Counted from the stretch's first letter, positions 12,467-25,804 are shown. The stretch: DNA of 64,000 nt from Marsupella aquatica (GCA_973895155.1 OZ316895.1:19978803-20042802), one strand, 5' to 3'. Made by a program: numbers and translations. Notes: generated by a model from the letters alone, not told the origin.

Positions 12467-15400
12467 TTACAATATTTGTAAATAATTACAATGCCTTGAA
12501 AAACTATTGGAGTCTAATACTTTGGTAAAAGCATCCGCTGGATTAAGCTTTCCATCAATCTTGACAAGCTCAAATTCATCATCCAATAATGTCTGTCGGA
12601 TGAAATGATAGCGGACATCAATGTGCTTTACCCTGTCATCCATCACCTGATTCTTGGCAGTGTAAATTGCACTTTGACTGTCACAATGAAGATATACACA
12701 CTCCTGTGATAAACCCATTTCCGTGACAAGCTTTTTCAACCAAATGGTCTCTGATGCTGCTTCTGCTGCTGCTACATACTCGGCATCCATAGTAGACTTT
12801 GCAACACACTTTTGGAGAGTAGACTTCCAACTAATGCATCCACCAGCAAGTGTAAATACATATCCAGTTGTCGATCTCCTCTTATCCAGATCACCTGCGT
12901 AGTCTGCATCCACATAACCTTGAAGCACTTTCATATTGTTTGAATTTGCATCAAACAATAAACCCTTCTTAGTGGAACCTCTGATGTAGCGCAAAATCCA
13001 TTTCACTGCTTCCCAATGAACTTTTCTTGGATTTGCCATGTATCTGCTTACCTTGCTAACGGCATAAGCTATGTCTGGTCGGGTGCATACCATGAGATAC
13101 ATTAAACTACCCACAACACTTTCATAAGGAACTTTGGACATCAAACTTTTTTCTGTCGCATCCGATGGACAAAATGCTGCAGAAATATTGAAATGCCTTG
13201 CCAAAGGAACACTCACAGCCTTAGCATCTGCCATGTTGAATTTTGAGAGTACCTTCTCTGCATATCTTTTCTGCGTCAGCCAAAGTTTGGCTTTGTTAAC
13301 ATCCCTGACAATCTCCATGCCTAGGATCCTCTTGGCTGTGCCCAAATCCTTCATCTTAAACTCAAAACTGAGTTGGGACTTAAGCTTATCAACTTCGCCC
13401 CTATCCTGTGCTGCAATGAACATGTCATCCACATAAAGTACAAGGATGACAAGCTTAAAACTTGTGTTGTTCACACGCCTTATGTAAACACATGGATCGT
13501 ACACGCTTCGCACAAATCCAAGCGATTTCAAAAATTCATCAAAACGCTTGTTCCACTGCCTTGGGCTCTGCTTTAATCCATATAAGGATTTTAGCAACCT
13601 GCATACCAAATTTTCCTTGCCCTTTTGCACAAAACCCTCTGGTTGCCTCATGTAAATCACCTCATCTAAGGATCCATATAAGAATGATGTGACAACATCC
13701 ATTTGATCTAAAACCAGATCAAATAAAACTACAAGAGCACATAGCAAACGTATTGTTGAATACTTTGCTAGAGGTGAAAAAACCTCATTGTAGTCTATAC
13801 CTTTTTGTTGAGTAAAACCCTTGGCTACCAACCGAGCCTTAAATATCTTCTCAGCATCCTCCGTGGGTCCATCTTTCTTCCTATACACCCACTTGCTGTC
13901 AACAGCCTGTTTGTCACTAGGTAGACTTGTGAGTTCCCAAGTCTTGTTATCATGAAGTGATTTCATTTCCATGCGCATCGCCGCCTGCCACTGTTGCTTC
14001 TCCATAGAAGCTAGGACCTCTCGAAATGAGGATGGATCTCCATCTTCTGTCACCAATGCATCAATAGATTCTTCATTCAAATTCACTTGATCAGAAGGAA
14101 GCCAAGTTCCATACCTTTCCCGGGCTTGACATTTTCGAGTTCCTCTTCGCACTGAAGACTCTGGCTGATCTGATTGTAGTGCGCTTTGCTTTACAGTAGT
14201 GTCAACATATTCTTCATTTGACACATCCTCTCCCCTTAAATCCTCTAGAGGAGGAGATTGCTCTTTGTTAGTAGTAGGGAATTGATCTATCTCCCCCTCC
14301 TTCAATGATTTTTTTTCATTGAAGGATACATCCCGACTAACAAGTAACTTGCAATCAACTGGATCCCACAACCGATAACCTTTAACTTCACGCTGATAAC
14401 CAAGAAAAATGCATTTCTGGGCTCTAGGATCTAGCTTAGTCCTATTGTTGCTAGGAACATGTGTATATGCTTCACAACCAAAAACCCTAAGCTTTGAATA
14501 ATCAGCAGGTCGATTGTGCCATAGCTCAAAGGGGGTTTTGTAAGTAATTGCCCGACTAGGAGAGAGATTTACTAGATAAGCAGCTATGTTGACAGCTTCC
14601 GCCCAAAAGATTTGTGGCAATTTAGAGTGGCTCAACATGCTCCTTGCTCGCTCCAACAATGTGCGGTTGAGTTGCTCAGCAACACCATTTTGCTCAGGAG
14701 TGTACACAGTTGTGAGATGGTGAGTAATTCCCTTATTTGCACAATACATGTTGAACTCGCCAGAGGTGTATTCACCACCATTATCTGATCGTAGATATCT
14801 CACATTCATTGCAGTCTGTGTCTCAACTTGAGCTACCCATTGTTTGAAGATGGAAAGCACTTCAAACTTATGGGCAATGAAATAAATCCAAACAAACCTT
14901 GAGTAATCATCAATAAACGATACATAGTATTGTTTGCCTGAATGTGAGGAAACTGGAGCAGGACCCCACACATCGAAATGAATATACTCAAGTACAACTT
15001 TAGAATGATGAATAGCAGTCGAAAATGGAGTTCATGTTTTCTTACCAACAATGCAATGATCACAAAAACTCAACTTGCATGCTTGCAATCCTGGTAGGAG
15101 ATGTCGCTTGTGTAGGATTTCCAAACTTTTTTCACTCATGTGACCAAGCCGAGCATGCCATAAATTGATTTTCTCCTCCTAAGATGTGACCAAATTGACT
15201 TCGGCAAGAAGTGTGGTGCCTTCCAAGACATAGATGTTTCTTTTCCTCTTGCCAATAAGAACTTCAGTTGATCCATGCGTGATTGTTAACACCCCATCAG
15301 TTGCACTCCATTGATAACCCTTCGCATCCAAGTAGCCAAGAGAAATCAAATTCTTACACATTTCTGGAATGTGTCTGACATTTGATAGAGTATAGTATTT

Positions 15401-15547
15401 GCCACCGGGTAGTTGAATCTTTACGGATCCAATCCCTAAAACTTTGCAAGAATGATTATTTCTCATCAAAACAGATCCGTTGATAAGAGTGTAGGATGAG
15501 AAAAGTTCATGCATATAGCACATGTGATACGAGCAAGCGGAATCCAA
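12467..15547 (-). pseudogene. Copia pol (protease, GAG-pre-integrase, integrase, RT, RNase H) with premature stops in the N-terminal part
   Basis: Protease DSACSYHM; LWHARLGH zinc-binding region; integrase FIDDYSR, RSDNGGEY, PEQNGVAE; RT KARLVAKGF, QMDV..SFLYG, LYGLKQSPRQW, LYVDDM; RNase H YVDADYAGD, CDSQSAI, KHIDVRYHFIR. Confidence 0.95.
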
Positions 15548-15659
15548 ATTCTATTGACAATCCTCAACTTAGGAAGTGGTACACAATGCAAATCCTTCAC
15601 TATCCTCTTCTTGAACAACTACTTGGGCTGAAGAACCGGCAACTTCCTTGAATGTGTCT

Positions 15660-16501
15660 TTGACGCGACAATCCTTCTACATGTGGCCCACTTTGTCACA
15701 CTTCCAACACTTTATCTCACGAGTAGACTTGGATGGGGATTTGGATCGAGATCTAGATCTGGATCTAAACCTCCTCCTACCAAAAGATCGGTCGTGGAAC
15801 CTTCCTCGCTCCATGGAAAGTGGGTTAAACCTTTTGTTTTCATGAGATGGCTCCCTTGATTTGCCTCTTTCTACCAACAGTGTTGTTGATGATGAGGTTG
15901 AGGTAGGATGAGCTGAAGAAACCAGCTTAGACTGCATGTCATCGGTCAACAGGGCACTCACCACATCATTGTAGGATATAGTTGTCTTATCACGGAATAG
16001 AAGAACTCGAGACAAAGATTGGTATGAAGGTGGTAGTGAGCTCAAGAGTTGTAAGGCTTTCTTTTCTTCGCTCAAATGCTCCCCCAAATTCTCTAGGTCA
16101 ACCACAAGATCATTGAACTGATCGATATGATCTTGAATCTTGACTCCATCAGCCATTTTGAATTGTATGAGCTTCAGGCTTGCATACATTCGGTTTGACA
16201 TCTCCTTCTTGTAGTACTTGTTGCGCAATGCTTGAAACAAGTCCGTCACCGTTTGTGTTGCTTTTTCCTCGAACTGCTTCTTCACATTGTTTTTCAGGTA
16301 CATGCCAACAATACTTACCGCTTGATCCTGGAGATCATGCCAATCATCATCTTCCATCTCCTTGGGTTGAGATCTTAGTACCTTGCCTAGGCCCATCGCC
16401 CTAAGTGCATCCCTCACGTTACGTTCCCACATTGTATAGTCCATCCGACCATCAAATTTTTCCACCTCAAACCTTTGACCTCCAATCCTAGTAGTCGCCA
16501 T
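15660..16501 (-). pseudogene. Copia Gag with UBN2-like core, RS-rich segment and a CCHC zinc knuckle broken by a stop
   Basis: VEKFDG..DY.MWE start, LLSSLPPSY, CWKCDKVGHM*KDC. Confidence 0.92.
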
Positions 16502-17626
16502 CGCTGGAATGCCAAATGTAGTGTGGAGTCGCCTTCTTACAAGAAATAAACGTCGAATGCTTAGATGTGGGGTGTGAAAATAAGGCCAAAAATGAAAGTT
16601 GGTGAATTTTGAAACTGATCACTCCTATGTGTAGCCCACAAGGTAACGCTCCGAATTCTGAAAACGGTTTGTCAAATGGACTCTCGAGTGCCGAGAATTT
16701 TTACTCCGACCGGAGGGGGGTAAAAGATGAAATAATTACCCCTCGAGGGAATCTCGTATGCCAAAGATTCCACTAGTATACTTTTTCAGAATTGAACGCA
16801 CCAATACTTGCCTAGCTTCCCCAAGTACGCCTCTCCAAAAGTTGAAGTTGACCGATTTTATTTGCCGCTCGGAATCTTTGACCTTCGGTAAAAATTTAAG
16901 CTTCTGGAAAAGAATCTTTTCGGGAAATTCCGTCCGCCCTTGTACAGCCCCTGTGGGGGACTTCACAGGGGGCCGAGCCCTGTCGAGCCCTAGAAAGGCC
17001 TCCTCGCGCGTCCGCGGAAGTCGCGACTACTCGCGGCAGAAAGTACCCCTCGGCGGATTCACTCAAATTCCCGTCTCAGTTTTTGACGAAATCCAATTCT
17101 GATTTCAGATTCAGAAACTAGACTTCGAGGGCATCAAGATTGATATAAAGAACTCGCAAAACGGTGGAATAATGACGGAGAAAAAATTCAGTGAAAGTGA
17201 CTGATATTAAGTTATCCGCCATAGCCAAAATTTTGAGCTCAAAAAATGAGAATTGAAATTAAGATTGCTTCTCAACCGTTTGACAGAATTCAACGATGTT
17301 GTTATCGAAACGTCTAGAAAGACAAGGCGCTCAAGCGTATCTCAGTTTCAAGTCCCGATAGAACAATCAAAAAGACTGATCTGAGAAATTGACCTTATCT
17401 CTTGCCCGATAACGTAAATTGAAAACCGTCACTTACAATTGTTTCCGTTTCTGACCTCAGGCCTTCATTGCTTCACTGAAATGAGCCCCTGGTTGTGTGC
17501 TCCACACTTATGAGAAGATTGAGTCCGATCTTTTTTCAATAGCTCCGCTTCGAAGAGGAAATTATCCGCTGTTCGCTTTGCTTGAAGCAAGTTCTATGGA
17601 GTTCCTAATCGACTGAAAAAACCTGA

Positions 17627-17638
17627 GCTCTGATACCA
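17627..17638 (-). promoter_or_regulatory. Primer-binding site complementary to the tRNA-iMet 3' end
   Basis: The minus strand reads TGGTATCAGAGC, 2 nt inside the 5' LTR. Confidence 0.95.
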
Positions 17639-17640
17639 AT

Positions 17641-17963
17641 TGTGAGGAGAAATCAGATCAGGAAATACACTCCAAACATACACGTGCTCAATAGTTACGT
17701 GGTTCGCCTCAAGGTTGACTACGTCCACGGGAATACAAAGCTTTATTAACGGTTATGTGTGTACTCAAGCATCACCATAGCTCTCATCTCTTCAAGCTCT
17801 CATCTCTTGCTATATCATTGTGTTCTCTCTTGAGAACTCTCTTGTGTGTTCTCACACCACATAGAAGTTGAAGAGATAAGGACCAACTCTTCAACTAGGG
17901 TTTACTCTAACCCTAGTTAACATACTAACCATAGTTCAACCCAAGACTGAGTTAACCTCTACA
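17641..17963 (-). repeat. 5' LTR of copia element 1
   Basis: Near-identical to 11950-12272 and followed by the TSD ATCAC. Confidence 0.97.
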
Positions 17964-18126
17964 ATCACATCAGCATATCAATCTCAGACATTCAACTGCT
18001 TTTTTGTTGTGGGTAAGTGTTTTCCCCCTCTTGTTTGTTAGTTATGGAATTTGGATCACTCCAGACCTTTTTTGGTAGCCTAGAGTCAAACACAAAAGGT
18101 CGTGTTTGTGTATTGCTGTGAACACA

Positions 18127-19695
18127 GGCCCCTGTTTGTAACAAAAATTGCTAATGGGGCCACTCCGTGATTTTGAAGACACTCTCATGGGGAACTATAA
18201 TTATGTGCAAGGGGATTACAAAGGTATATATAAACAAAAGTAATGCTGATCATAAGTTGAAGAGAGTAAACTGTGCATGCAATCTGTTCATGTTCAATAG
18301 AGAATCTCAAAATATACTATTTGTTTGTGAATTGAAACTTGATTGATACTCTTTGGATTTTGCATGCACTGGCATACCCAAATGCACTGCAGCATGCTGA
18401 CCAAAACGTACATATAACAATTCCCATATCCCTGCCTGTATCCATTCCCAAGCATACCCACGCATACCCCGGCGTTACAAATTTGTTGTTAAGGCTATGG
18501 TGTCATTGTGGCCATGTGGTTGTTGCAACAACGTACGTGGATGGCCTGAAAATGTTCAGGTGAAGCAAATTATATGCACTAGTAAGGGTTGTCGTTGTGA
18601 CCACCTGGTTGGTGCATTTATGTTGTCATTGGTGCGACTTTGTTGAGAAAACCTGCACAACACAACCAGCAAGCATGCACACACCGACACAATATATATG
18701 TGATTCACCATACCTTCATATTCAAGGAGACGTCCACAAAATGCTAGAGCTTTACTAAGCTTTGGCCACCATGGTCACATAAGCCTCCTTGTACAATCTC
18801 TCCTCTTAGCACCTAGCTAGCTCCCTCAACAATGAGCATCAGTCTCTAAGAGGAGCTCTCCCTAAACAAATTTTTGTGATAGGCCCTTACTAAACTTTTG
18901 TTACAAACGAGGCCCCCTATGTAAGTTTCTTACACTTGGTTCTTATGTGATACCTAACCGAGTGCCTAAGTGCATGGTTCCGTACATTTCCCACCTCACT
19001 CCATTGCACACCGCACCATAGTCCACTGTGTGTACTTCTATGCTTGAAGACATAATGGATTATGTCATCACATGATTATAGAGTTTTAGCGGATCCACCG
19101 CCTACATGATAGCAGGTTTGTACAACATTTAGTCTAGTTCTTGTGCTAGCAAAATTTTCCAGTTAGGATTAACTCCATGTTGTCTTCGTTTCACACTTAC
19201 TTAGACAATGTTTGAAAGTTGCAACAAGGGCGAACAGCCAAAAGTAAAAGTTCCTTGGTTCCTTCCATACTAAGACAAATGTGGGGTCTACATGTGAGAT
19301 GACAACATCCATGTTCCACACTTGGACAGTTTTTGAATGTTGTTGCATTAGGGGCCAATAGCCAAAAGTAGAGGATTCATTCCACACTTAGACAAAAGAA
19401 CAAAAAGAAACGTCAAAACATCATGCATAAGTTGTCGGAAGCAACTTAACGATGCATTAACCATATTGTCTTCACTTAGGAACTTGCAGTTTGTACAACG
19501 ACTGCCATTACTCCACAGCTCCCACAACGGTGTAGTTGGTCATTCAGCATGGTTGGCTCTAAATTGTATAGTAACTCTTATTAGTGATAATATCAAGCTA
19601 AATCTCTTTACAGGAACTTTACTAGATAATTTGACCACAAAAAGTGTAAGAGGGGCCCTAGTTTGTACCAAAAGTTTCATAAAGGCTATCACATA
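18127..19695. repeat. Three dispersed copies of a ~45-bp motif (ggcc..tttgtaacaaaa..ggc.atcaca), one inverted; probable MITE remnants
   Basis: Forward copies at about 18127 and 19652, and a reverse-complement copy at about 18875-18917. Confidence 0.5.
18641..18870 (-). mobile_element. Possible old solo-LTR fragment of a copia element
   Basis: Starts tgttgag and carries atgtgattcacc...gacgtccac...agcttta, similar to the acgtggttcgcc...tacgtccac...agcttta block of the copia-1 LTR. No TSD found. Confidence 0.3.
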
Positions 19696-21445
19696 AAGTT
19701 GTTTTGATAGAGAACCCACCAACATGTACCTCCAAAACCTGGTTCCGTAAATGTCACCATTTTTGGTATTTTTACTGATTGTGTGGGGCAAAGGTAGAGG
19801 AGAGGATTGTGAAAAAGAGAGAAGTCTTGAACTATTCTCTTTCTATATGGCAGCTGGTGGTTTAAATGATCACCTTCGTTTAACATGATCAGCACGGTCC
19901 GGGCGATGTCTCCCAATTTGACGCTGATGATGTCTCTCGATTGATTACACCGGTTGCATATTGTTTTGTTCAACTACACTCCTTGCTCGGAGTTCCGCTT
20001 CGTTGCGGTGCCTTACCTTGTCAATCTTTCAGTAGTACTCCGGAAGTTCTGCCACGTTATCTCTCTGAAGTCTAAAATTCTCAAGTCTTCCTGATTTTGC
20101 GGTTGGATCTGATTCGCGCACTGGATTATGTACAGCTTTTGGATAAGCTTCACCAACTGGTCAGATTCTACGTCAACTGGTGCTACTACAAGGTGCAGAA
20201 AGAGCTCCCACTGCGAGCAGTTCTCTCACCGCACGGCGCCTAGCCGCCACGGACCTTGGCAGGTACCACCTACTTGCAAACGTGTCAGATCTATGCTCAC
20301 TACTTCAGTTTACTTTGCGGGTGCTCTGTTTCCTTCACTATGACCAGCCCGCAAATGACTGTGGGATAGATGCCGCTTCGTTAGAATCTCGGGGTGACTT
20401 CTGCGGTTCTGCCGGGATTGGGCCGAGTCTGAGAACGGGTTTCGAGTCCACTTCCCTGTATTTGCGCTGCAATTGAAGTTCGCCTTATTGTGCAGTTTGC
20501 AACAGTCATTTTCTCCGCATCTTTCGGCATTCTCCGCATCTGAACAGACAAGGGTTGCGACGAGCGTTGCTATAACTTCGAGGCGCATGCTTGATTTGCT
20601 ACCTTGGCCATATTTGTCAATAATCGATTTTGCATGCAGGCTAGAGTTTTGATCTAGATTTCGCCCACCAGTGTAATTTTTTGCTCGGTATTTATGCCCA
20701 CCAGAAGAAAGTCATCTGAATGATTCATAACTACAGATCTACCTCTAGAATCGAGGTGTTTGGACAGTGCTTGAAGCAATGCATGGAATATAGCTGTCTT
20801 GCTCTACGAAAGTACGATTGGCGACATTATGTGGGACATCGATCGACGTGGACCATTTCAAACGTCAAATAATTGGACTGAATGCTATTTCACTAGTAAA
20901 GAATTTTGTTAATTAAGTTTTGAAATTTAAGGTTACAAATTATTCTATGTTCCAATTTCTTGGTCTTCTTAGAAACTTGATACTGTACTTATCAAGATCA
21001 CGCGCGACAGTTATGAGTTAACGGTATCATATCAATTGTTACCCCAATGTCCGCAGCTTTTACACGTGAAGGTAGTATTATACTGTCTATTGCGAAATAA
21101 TTCGGTGTAAACAATGGAGTCGAACCAATTGTCGTTTCTAATAATTAGAAGAAAAATTCAAATTTACCGTGTTCTCCAAACGTAACCTATCAGATCCACT
21201 TATCCAATCATGTCGTAGGAGTCCTCGAAAGAGTTCTCGCCGACGCTCTGGCACTACCCTGTCCGCACTCCAGCCAAATGATTCTGGGTTGAGCACTTGG
21301 CGATCATGCGTACTCTGTACGATTTTCGAATTGGCATGCATGCAGTAGGTAGTATTAAACCATATATGCTGCAGAGTGCAGACTTTGGGTTTATTTAATT
21401 TAAAGATTGCATGCAGTTTTGTCTATTAAAATGTACAATTAATGG

Positions 21446-21652
21446 ATATCATGGTGCAACACATAGTGTTTTAGATCAAGTAAAATAATGTTAAACATCG
21501 GTCGTTGAACCCAAATCGAGACATGTAATTAAGCAGTACTGTCTTTTGAATGGAAGAATCCATATCATGGTGCAACAAGTAAAAGATTTTGATCAAGTAC
21601 ATACTATGTCAAACATCGATCGCTGCACACAATTCGAGTCATGTAATTTAAC
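21446..21652. repeat. Degenerate tandem duplication with 116-bp period, downstream of the PCC13-62 gene
   Basis: atatcatggtgcaaca...gatcaagta...aaacatcg.tcg...cgag.catgtaatt occurs at 21446 and 21562. Confidence 0.85.
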
Positions 21653-22005
21653 ATCTAACTCTTCACTCGCATGGAATGAAATTGAACCAATGTAATGGAA
21701 GTTTTCCCCCCACTTTATTCTGATTCAACATTGTGAATTCTGTACATATTGTCCAGCTTGGAAAACAATTTTGCCCTAGTCTTGCCAGACTGGAGAATTC
21801 GCAAATCTGGGGCATTTGCATAGGCATTTGTACATAATCAAGAGCTCAAGCTGAAACATATACCTACAGAATTCTTGAATGTCTACTATGTACCCATCTA
21901 TGCAGATTAGAATGACTGTAAACTTTCTGCATTCCCATTCCTTCCTTCTCTCCGGACACTCACTTTCGTATTTCCTTGTGTCTTTTGGAAGGGTTACAAG
22001 AAATT

Positions 22006-23524
22006 TCATGGGTACGATTCACCAAGATACGACTTCGCAATTGAGCCATTTCCTCCGTTTGGGTAGAAACCTCCTGGCTTGGAAGCGTCACCTGTAGAGT
22101 AAACGATTTCGAAGATTTGCTTGGGTGTCCGAGGGTATGCAAGGGAGGTCACATCCGCTGACAAGATATTTCCAGTAGTAAGCCCATCCGAACCCAACTG
22201 CTTTGGCACCGTCAAACCTTCATCATCAATATCACCGTGATCCAATTTATTTCGAAGAAAGGAGATCTTATCAGTGAGCTCAGCTATTGTGAACTCATAC
22301 GGCTCCACTTTCCAATCTTTCCTCTCGTATAGCCATGTTCGGATAACAGCGTCTTGACCTGCCTCAATTCCCAACAATCCAGCAACCAGCTGCAATGGAA
22401 AATGAAAGTTAGCCAGTTTATTACCACACAGTATTTAAGCCAGTATGAGGTCGCATTTTTTAACGCAATGTCGAACCAAAACGTAACTTATAAAAAGAGC
22501 GTGCATTAATCATGATGACACAAGTTTGTCCAGTCGATCGCTCAATTGGTCAAGACGCTGTTAACGTCAAGTCAATTCGCTCAATTGTCCAGTCGATCGC
22601 TATTCACAGACACAATCACGAGTAGATAAGATTCGGATAAAATAGTACCGCCTTGGCTCCAAAACCCTCGAGCATGGGTGACGCCCCGACGTAACCAGTC
22701 AGCCCAACGTAGGGAATGAAGTAAGATGCGAGGTAGAAATTGACACTATTGGCGTAAACGTCGAACGGCGGGTCCAAGGTGTAGTTTACGGCAGCGTCAA
22801 ATTGCTTGGCCCATGTTTTCTTGCTCAGGTCAAGCTGTACGCGAGGGAATGCCTGCACACCAATCTTGGGCTTGATCGCTCTGCACGGCAAACGTTAATT
22901 AATTTCAGAAATCCATATAACAAAATCAATGCATTTTCCCAGCTAATCGTCAAATTCAGATTTTCTTCAGAGTGTCCGACTCAAGTATCACAAAGTAGAC
23001 CACAGTGTATGGAATGGGCAAGTGGCGCTTTTGAATCAATGCTTGGCATGTGGCAAAGCCCGGCAAAACTTTCTAACAAAATGGCGACAAAACGTAACAA
23101 AAACGACGCATTGACAGGTCAATGTAAGCTCGGTGAGGTGTGCTTTATTATCACCCACGAAACAACAACATCCAAGAAAACAACAACATTCATCAGCATA
23201 CAATCAAACAGGCTTCGGGACGTACTCGAGGTGACCAACTTCCTGCAAACCCAGTTGAGCGAAAACATCTGCAGTTTGGGGATCCAACTTCGCCTTTTGA
23301 GCGCCGATGGGAGGAGGACCACCGCCCGTGAGCCACGGAGCGAATTTGTCTAGCCCTGCGCCGAATACTCCGTGTAAGAAGAACTCCGACTCGAGGTACT
23401 CGAGATTGAGAGCCACCCCAATCAACTTGTCGTCCATGGCTGTGAAGTTACTTCCCATAGCCTGTTGCATTGTTGGGCTTGCGAGGACCGCAAGCATGAG
23501 AACCACGAACATTTTGGTCACCAT
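22006..23524 (-). CDS. Desiccation-related protein PCC13-62 family (ferritin-like, signal peptide); exons 23524-23226, 22880-22649, 22389-22006 (304 aa)
   Basis: Hydrophobic N-terminus and the motifs ALNLEYLESEFFL, GGGPPPIGAQKAKLD, QEVGHL, FPR.QLDLS, LDPPFD.YANS.NF.LASY.IPYVGLTGYVG, LVAGLLG.EAGQDAVIR, GN.L.AD..SLAY.RTP, PGGFYPNG.NG. Exon lengths 299+232+384 keep the frame and have GT/AG ends. Confidence 0.95.
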
Positions 23525-23704
23525 GATGGCTCGGTTGTAGCAATGTGCGCTCGCTTATTTTGTTCCACTTATCTCCACAAACTTCTCACCAAGCCCGGCT
23601 CTTACAAACAAATGAAAGACCAAGCAGTCTCATTGACAACACTATCGTACGACTGGATAGAACATCGGGAATATATATATGCAGGGAGGAGTCCCACGAG
23701 CCAG

Positions 23705-23737
23705 CGTACGTGCCGCTGCAGGAAAGAGTTTACGTGG
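23705..23737. promoter_or_regulatory. Pair of ABRE/G-box-like ACGT elements upstream of the desiccation-related gene
   Basis: TACGTGCC (23707) and TACGTGG (23731) lie about 180-210 bp upstream of the ATG, with an AT-rich atatatatat at 23671. Confidence 0.5.
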
Positions 23738-24720
23738 GTAATTAATTACACTTGCAGCTGTAATGCAGCGTGTGATGGATGTTTGGCCGAAAGCGTGGTT
23801 TGGTGAGAAGCAGCAGTGCATGTATCTGCGCAAAATGTTGCAAGCTAAAAACGAGCAAGAAGAGTACGAGTATGACATGTGTTCTTATTACGAGATTCCC
23901 GGTTTCGACCGTATTACTTCCATACAAAGTCAAGTAACTAAGTCCATCTTAAATTCTTGGGTACTAATCGGGCTTGTGGTACTAAGGCTTGCACTAATTG
24001 CTCTACGGATCATGCATGCTGTATCCCATGCAACCGCCAACGTACTTCACTTGCATGCCGCACTCCTTGCAAAATGTGACCCAGTCGAGCTCGCATTTCG
24101 AACTAGAGTTTGCCATGTGTTCTGTCCACTTTTGCCGTAACCATAGTCGAAACTCTCTCACAGCGAGTCCGAAGAAATTGACACTTTGCCAGCGTCTACT
24201 GGCTGCCCTTTCGGCCATACATCTTCTCAACACACAGTGGCTGCAATCCTGACCGCCTGCCTGCCTGCCAAGTTAGAGAAACATTGCTCTGAATCCTGAG
24301 CCATGTCACATTCATCGTCACTAGTGAAACAAGCATGACCCAATGACCCATTCACCATGCTCGTGTTTGTTTGTTGGAGTGTGATCCTGACTCAACGCTG
24401 GGCCACCTAACTTCATGCCTGCAGCATGGCTGGGCGTGGGAAGAAAGAAGATGACGTTGTCACCGACATTCAACGAGGCAAGTTAGTGAAAGTGCACCAC
24501 TGAGCATTATTTTCAAGTCCTACAATGTCAAAAGGCTACTAAATTATGCTTTCGGGAAACTCGGAAAATATAGTTTTGTATGTCCCTTGCAGAGGAAAAA
24601 AAGTATATACATATTAGCCTGACTACTCACCTATATTTAAGTTCAAAAGAACCTTGCAAGACAAGGATTCTTTATTATTCACACTTAGTTTATGATTTGT
24701 CCCGAGTCGTTCCACCCCTA

Positions 24721-25005
24721 AAATTAAGTGCCCCAAGGCAGAGTCATGGCCTAGGGACGTCACTTTACACCTAGGCCATAAAAGTAGGTTTGTCCCCATT
24801 CCCCGCACCATAAAATTAAGTGCCCGAAGGCAGAGTTATGGCAGGCCTAAAGACGTCACTCTGCACCTAGGCCATAAAAGTAGGGTTCTTTTGTAAATTA
24901 CTGCCTAAAGACTTCACTTTAGACCTAGGTCATAAAAGTAGGTTTCTATTGTAAATTAAGGCCTAACGACTTCACTTTAGACCTAGGCCATGAAAGTAAG
25001 TTTCC
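24721..25005. repeat. Minisatellite: 4 copies of a ~42-bp core gcctaaagac(g/t)tcactttagacctaggccataaaagtagg
   Basis: Cores near 24748, 24845, 24903 and 24962; the first two share the upstream block aaattaagtgccc.aaggcagagt. Confidence 0.88.
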
Positions 25006-25752
25006 ATCACAAGTTACTAGTAAGATATTACACCAACAGGCGTCAAAAGGTTGGCGACCCGTTAAAGAGGAGAACCGAAAACAAAAGGCTGGAGATACAA
25101 TAAATTAAGGGGAGAAAACAAGGGAAAATCAGAGACGTGCGGCCCTGGGAAAATCAAAGAGCCCACACAAGTCAAAGAGTCCCACAACAACATACTAAAA
25201 CCATTCTGAGAGGCAGACTTAGTAAAGCTTTGAATAAATTGCATAGGAGGGCCAAACAAAGTACAATGTAAAACCCTACTAAGAAAACACTTGGTAAAGC
25301 TTGGGGTAATTTGTATAGGAGGGTACAATTTTTGAAATCAAAAGCTAATTTCTTTTAGCAAATGAAACAAAGTATAATGAAGGGAAAACAAAAGATTTAC
25401 AAAGAGTGCAAATATCAAACACTAAAAAAGAGGTAAATGCAACCCTAAAATCCCAGGAAATAAAGGCAAAAGAATAAACACCAAACTGAAAATAAATGTA
25501 AAAATACAAATAATAAAAAATAAGAGATTAAATCTAGAAATGTGTGATGAGCTAATAATGGTACACATCTAGTGCCATAACTCAGATCCATATCTAGTGC
25601 ATTAACTAGGTCTAGGGATGAAGTCTTGCTGATATCTGTTATCTAACGTCCTACGTTGAAGATGAAAATTACAACACAGGATTATATATTTAAACGTGTG
25701 ATGTTAATATATTAGTGAAGAGGATTCTAGGCAAAAAATAGTCTAACAGGGT

Positions 25753-25804
25753 CCAACAGGTGTCATGTTCATCATTCTCCAACAGGTGTCATGTTCATCA
25801 TTCT
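25753..25804. repeat. Exact 26-bp tandem duplication
   Basis: ccaacaggtgtcatgttcatcattct x2. Confidence 0.95.

Larger units (their letters stand above)
11950..17963 (-). mobile_element. Full-length Ty1/copia LTR retrotransposon (Tork/Tnt1-like) with several in-frame stops
   Basis: 323-bp LTRs at 11950-12272 and 17641-17963 (TG...CA, about 5 substitutions by eye), 5-bp TSD ATCAC (11945-11949 and 17964-17968), tRNA-iMet PBS and a PPT. Domain order is Gag-PR-INT-RT-RH. Confidence 0.97.

Noticed and set aside
15740-15790. RSRSRSRSKSPS segment in copia Gag suggesting a captured SR splicing-factor fragment
   Set aside because: RS-rich stretches before the zinc knuckle are common in Tnt1/Tork-type Gag proteins.
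24721-25005. CRISPR-like repeat-spacer array
   Set aside because: The context is eukaryotic, the intervening sequences are related to each other and unequal in length, and there are no cas genes.
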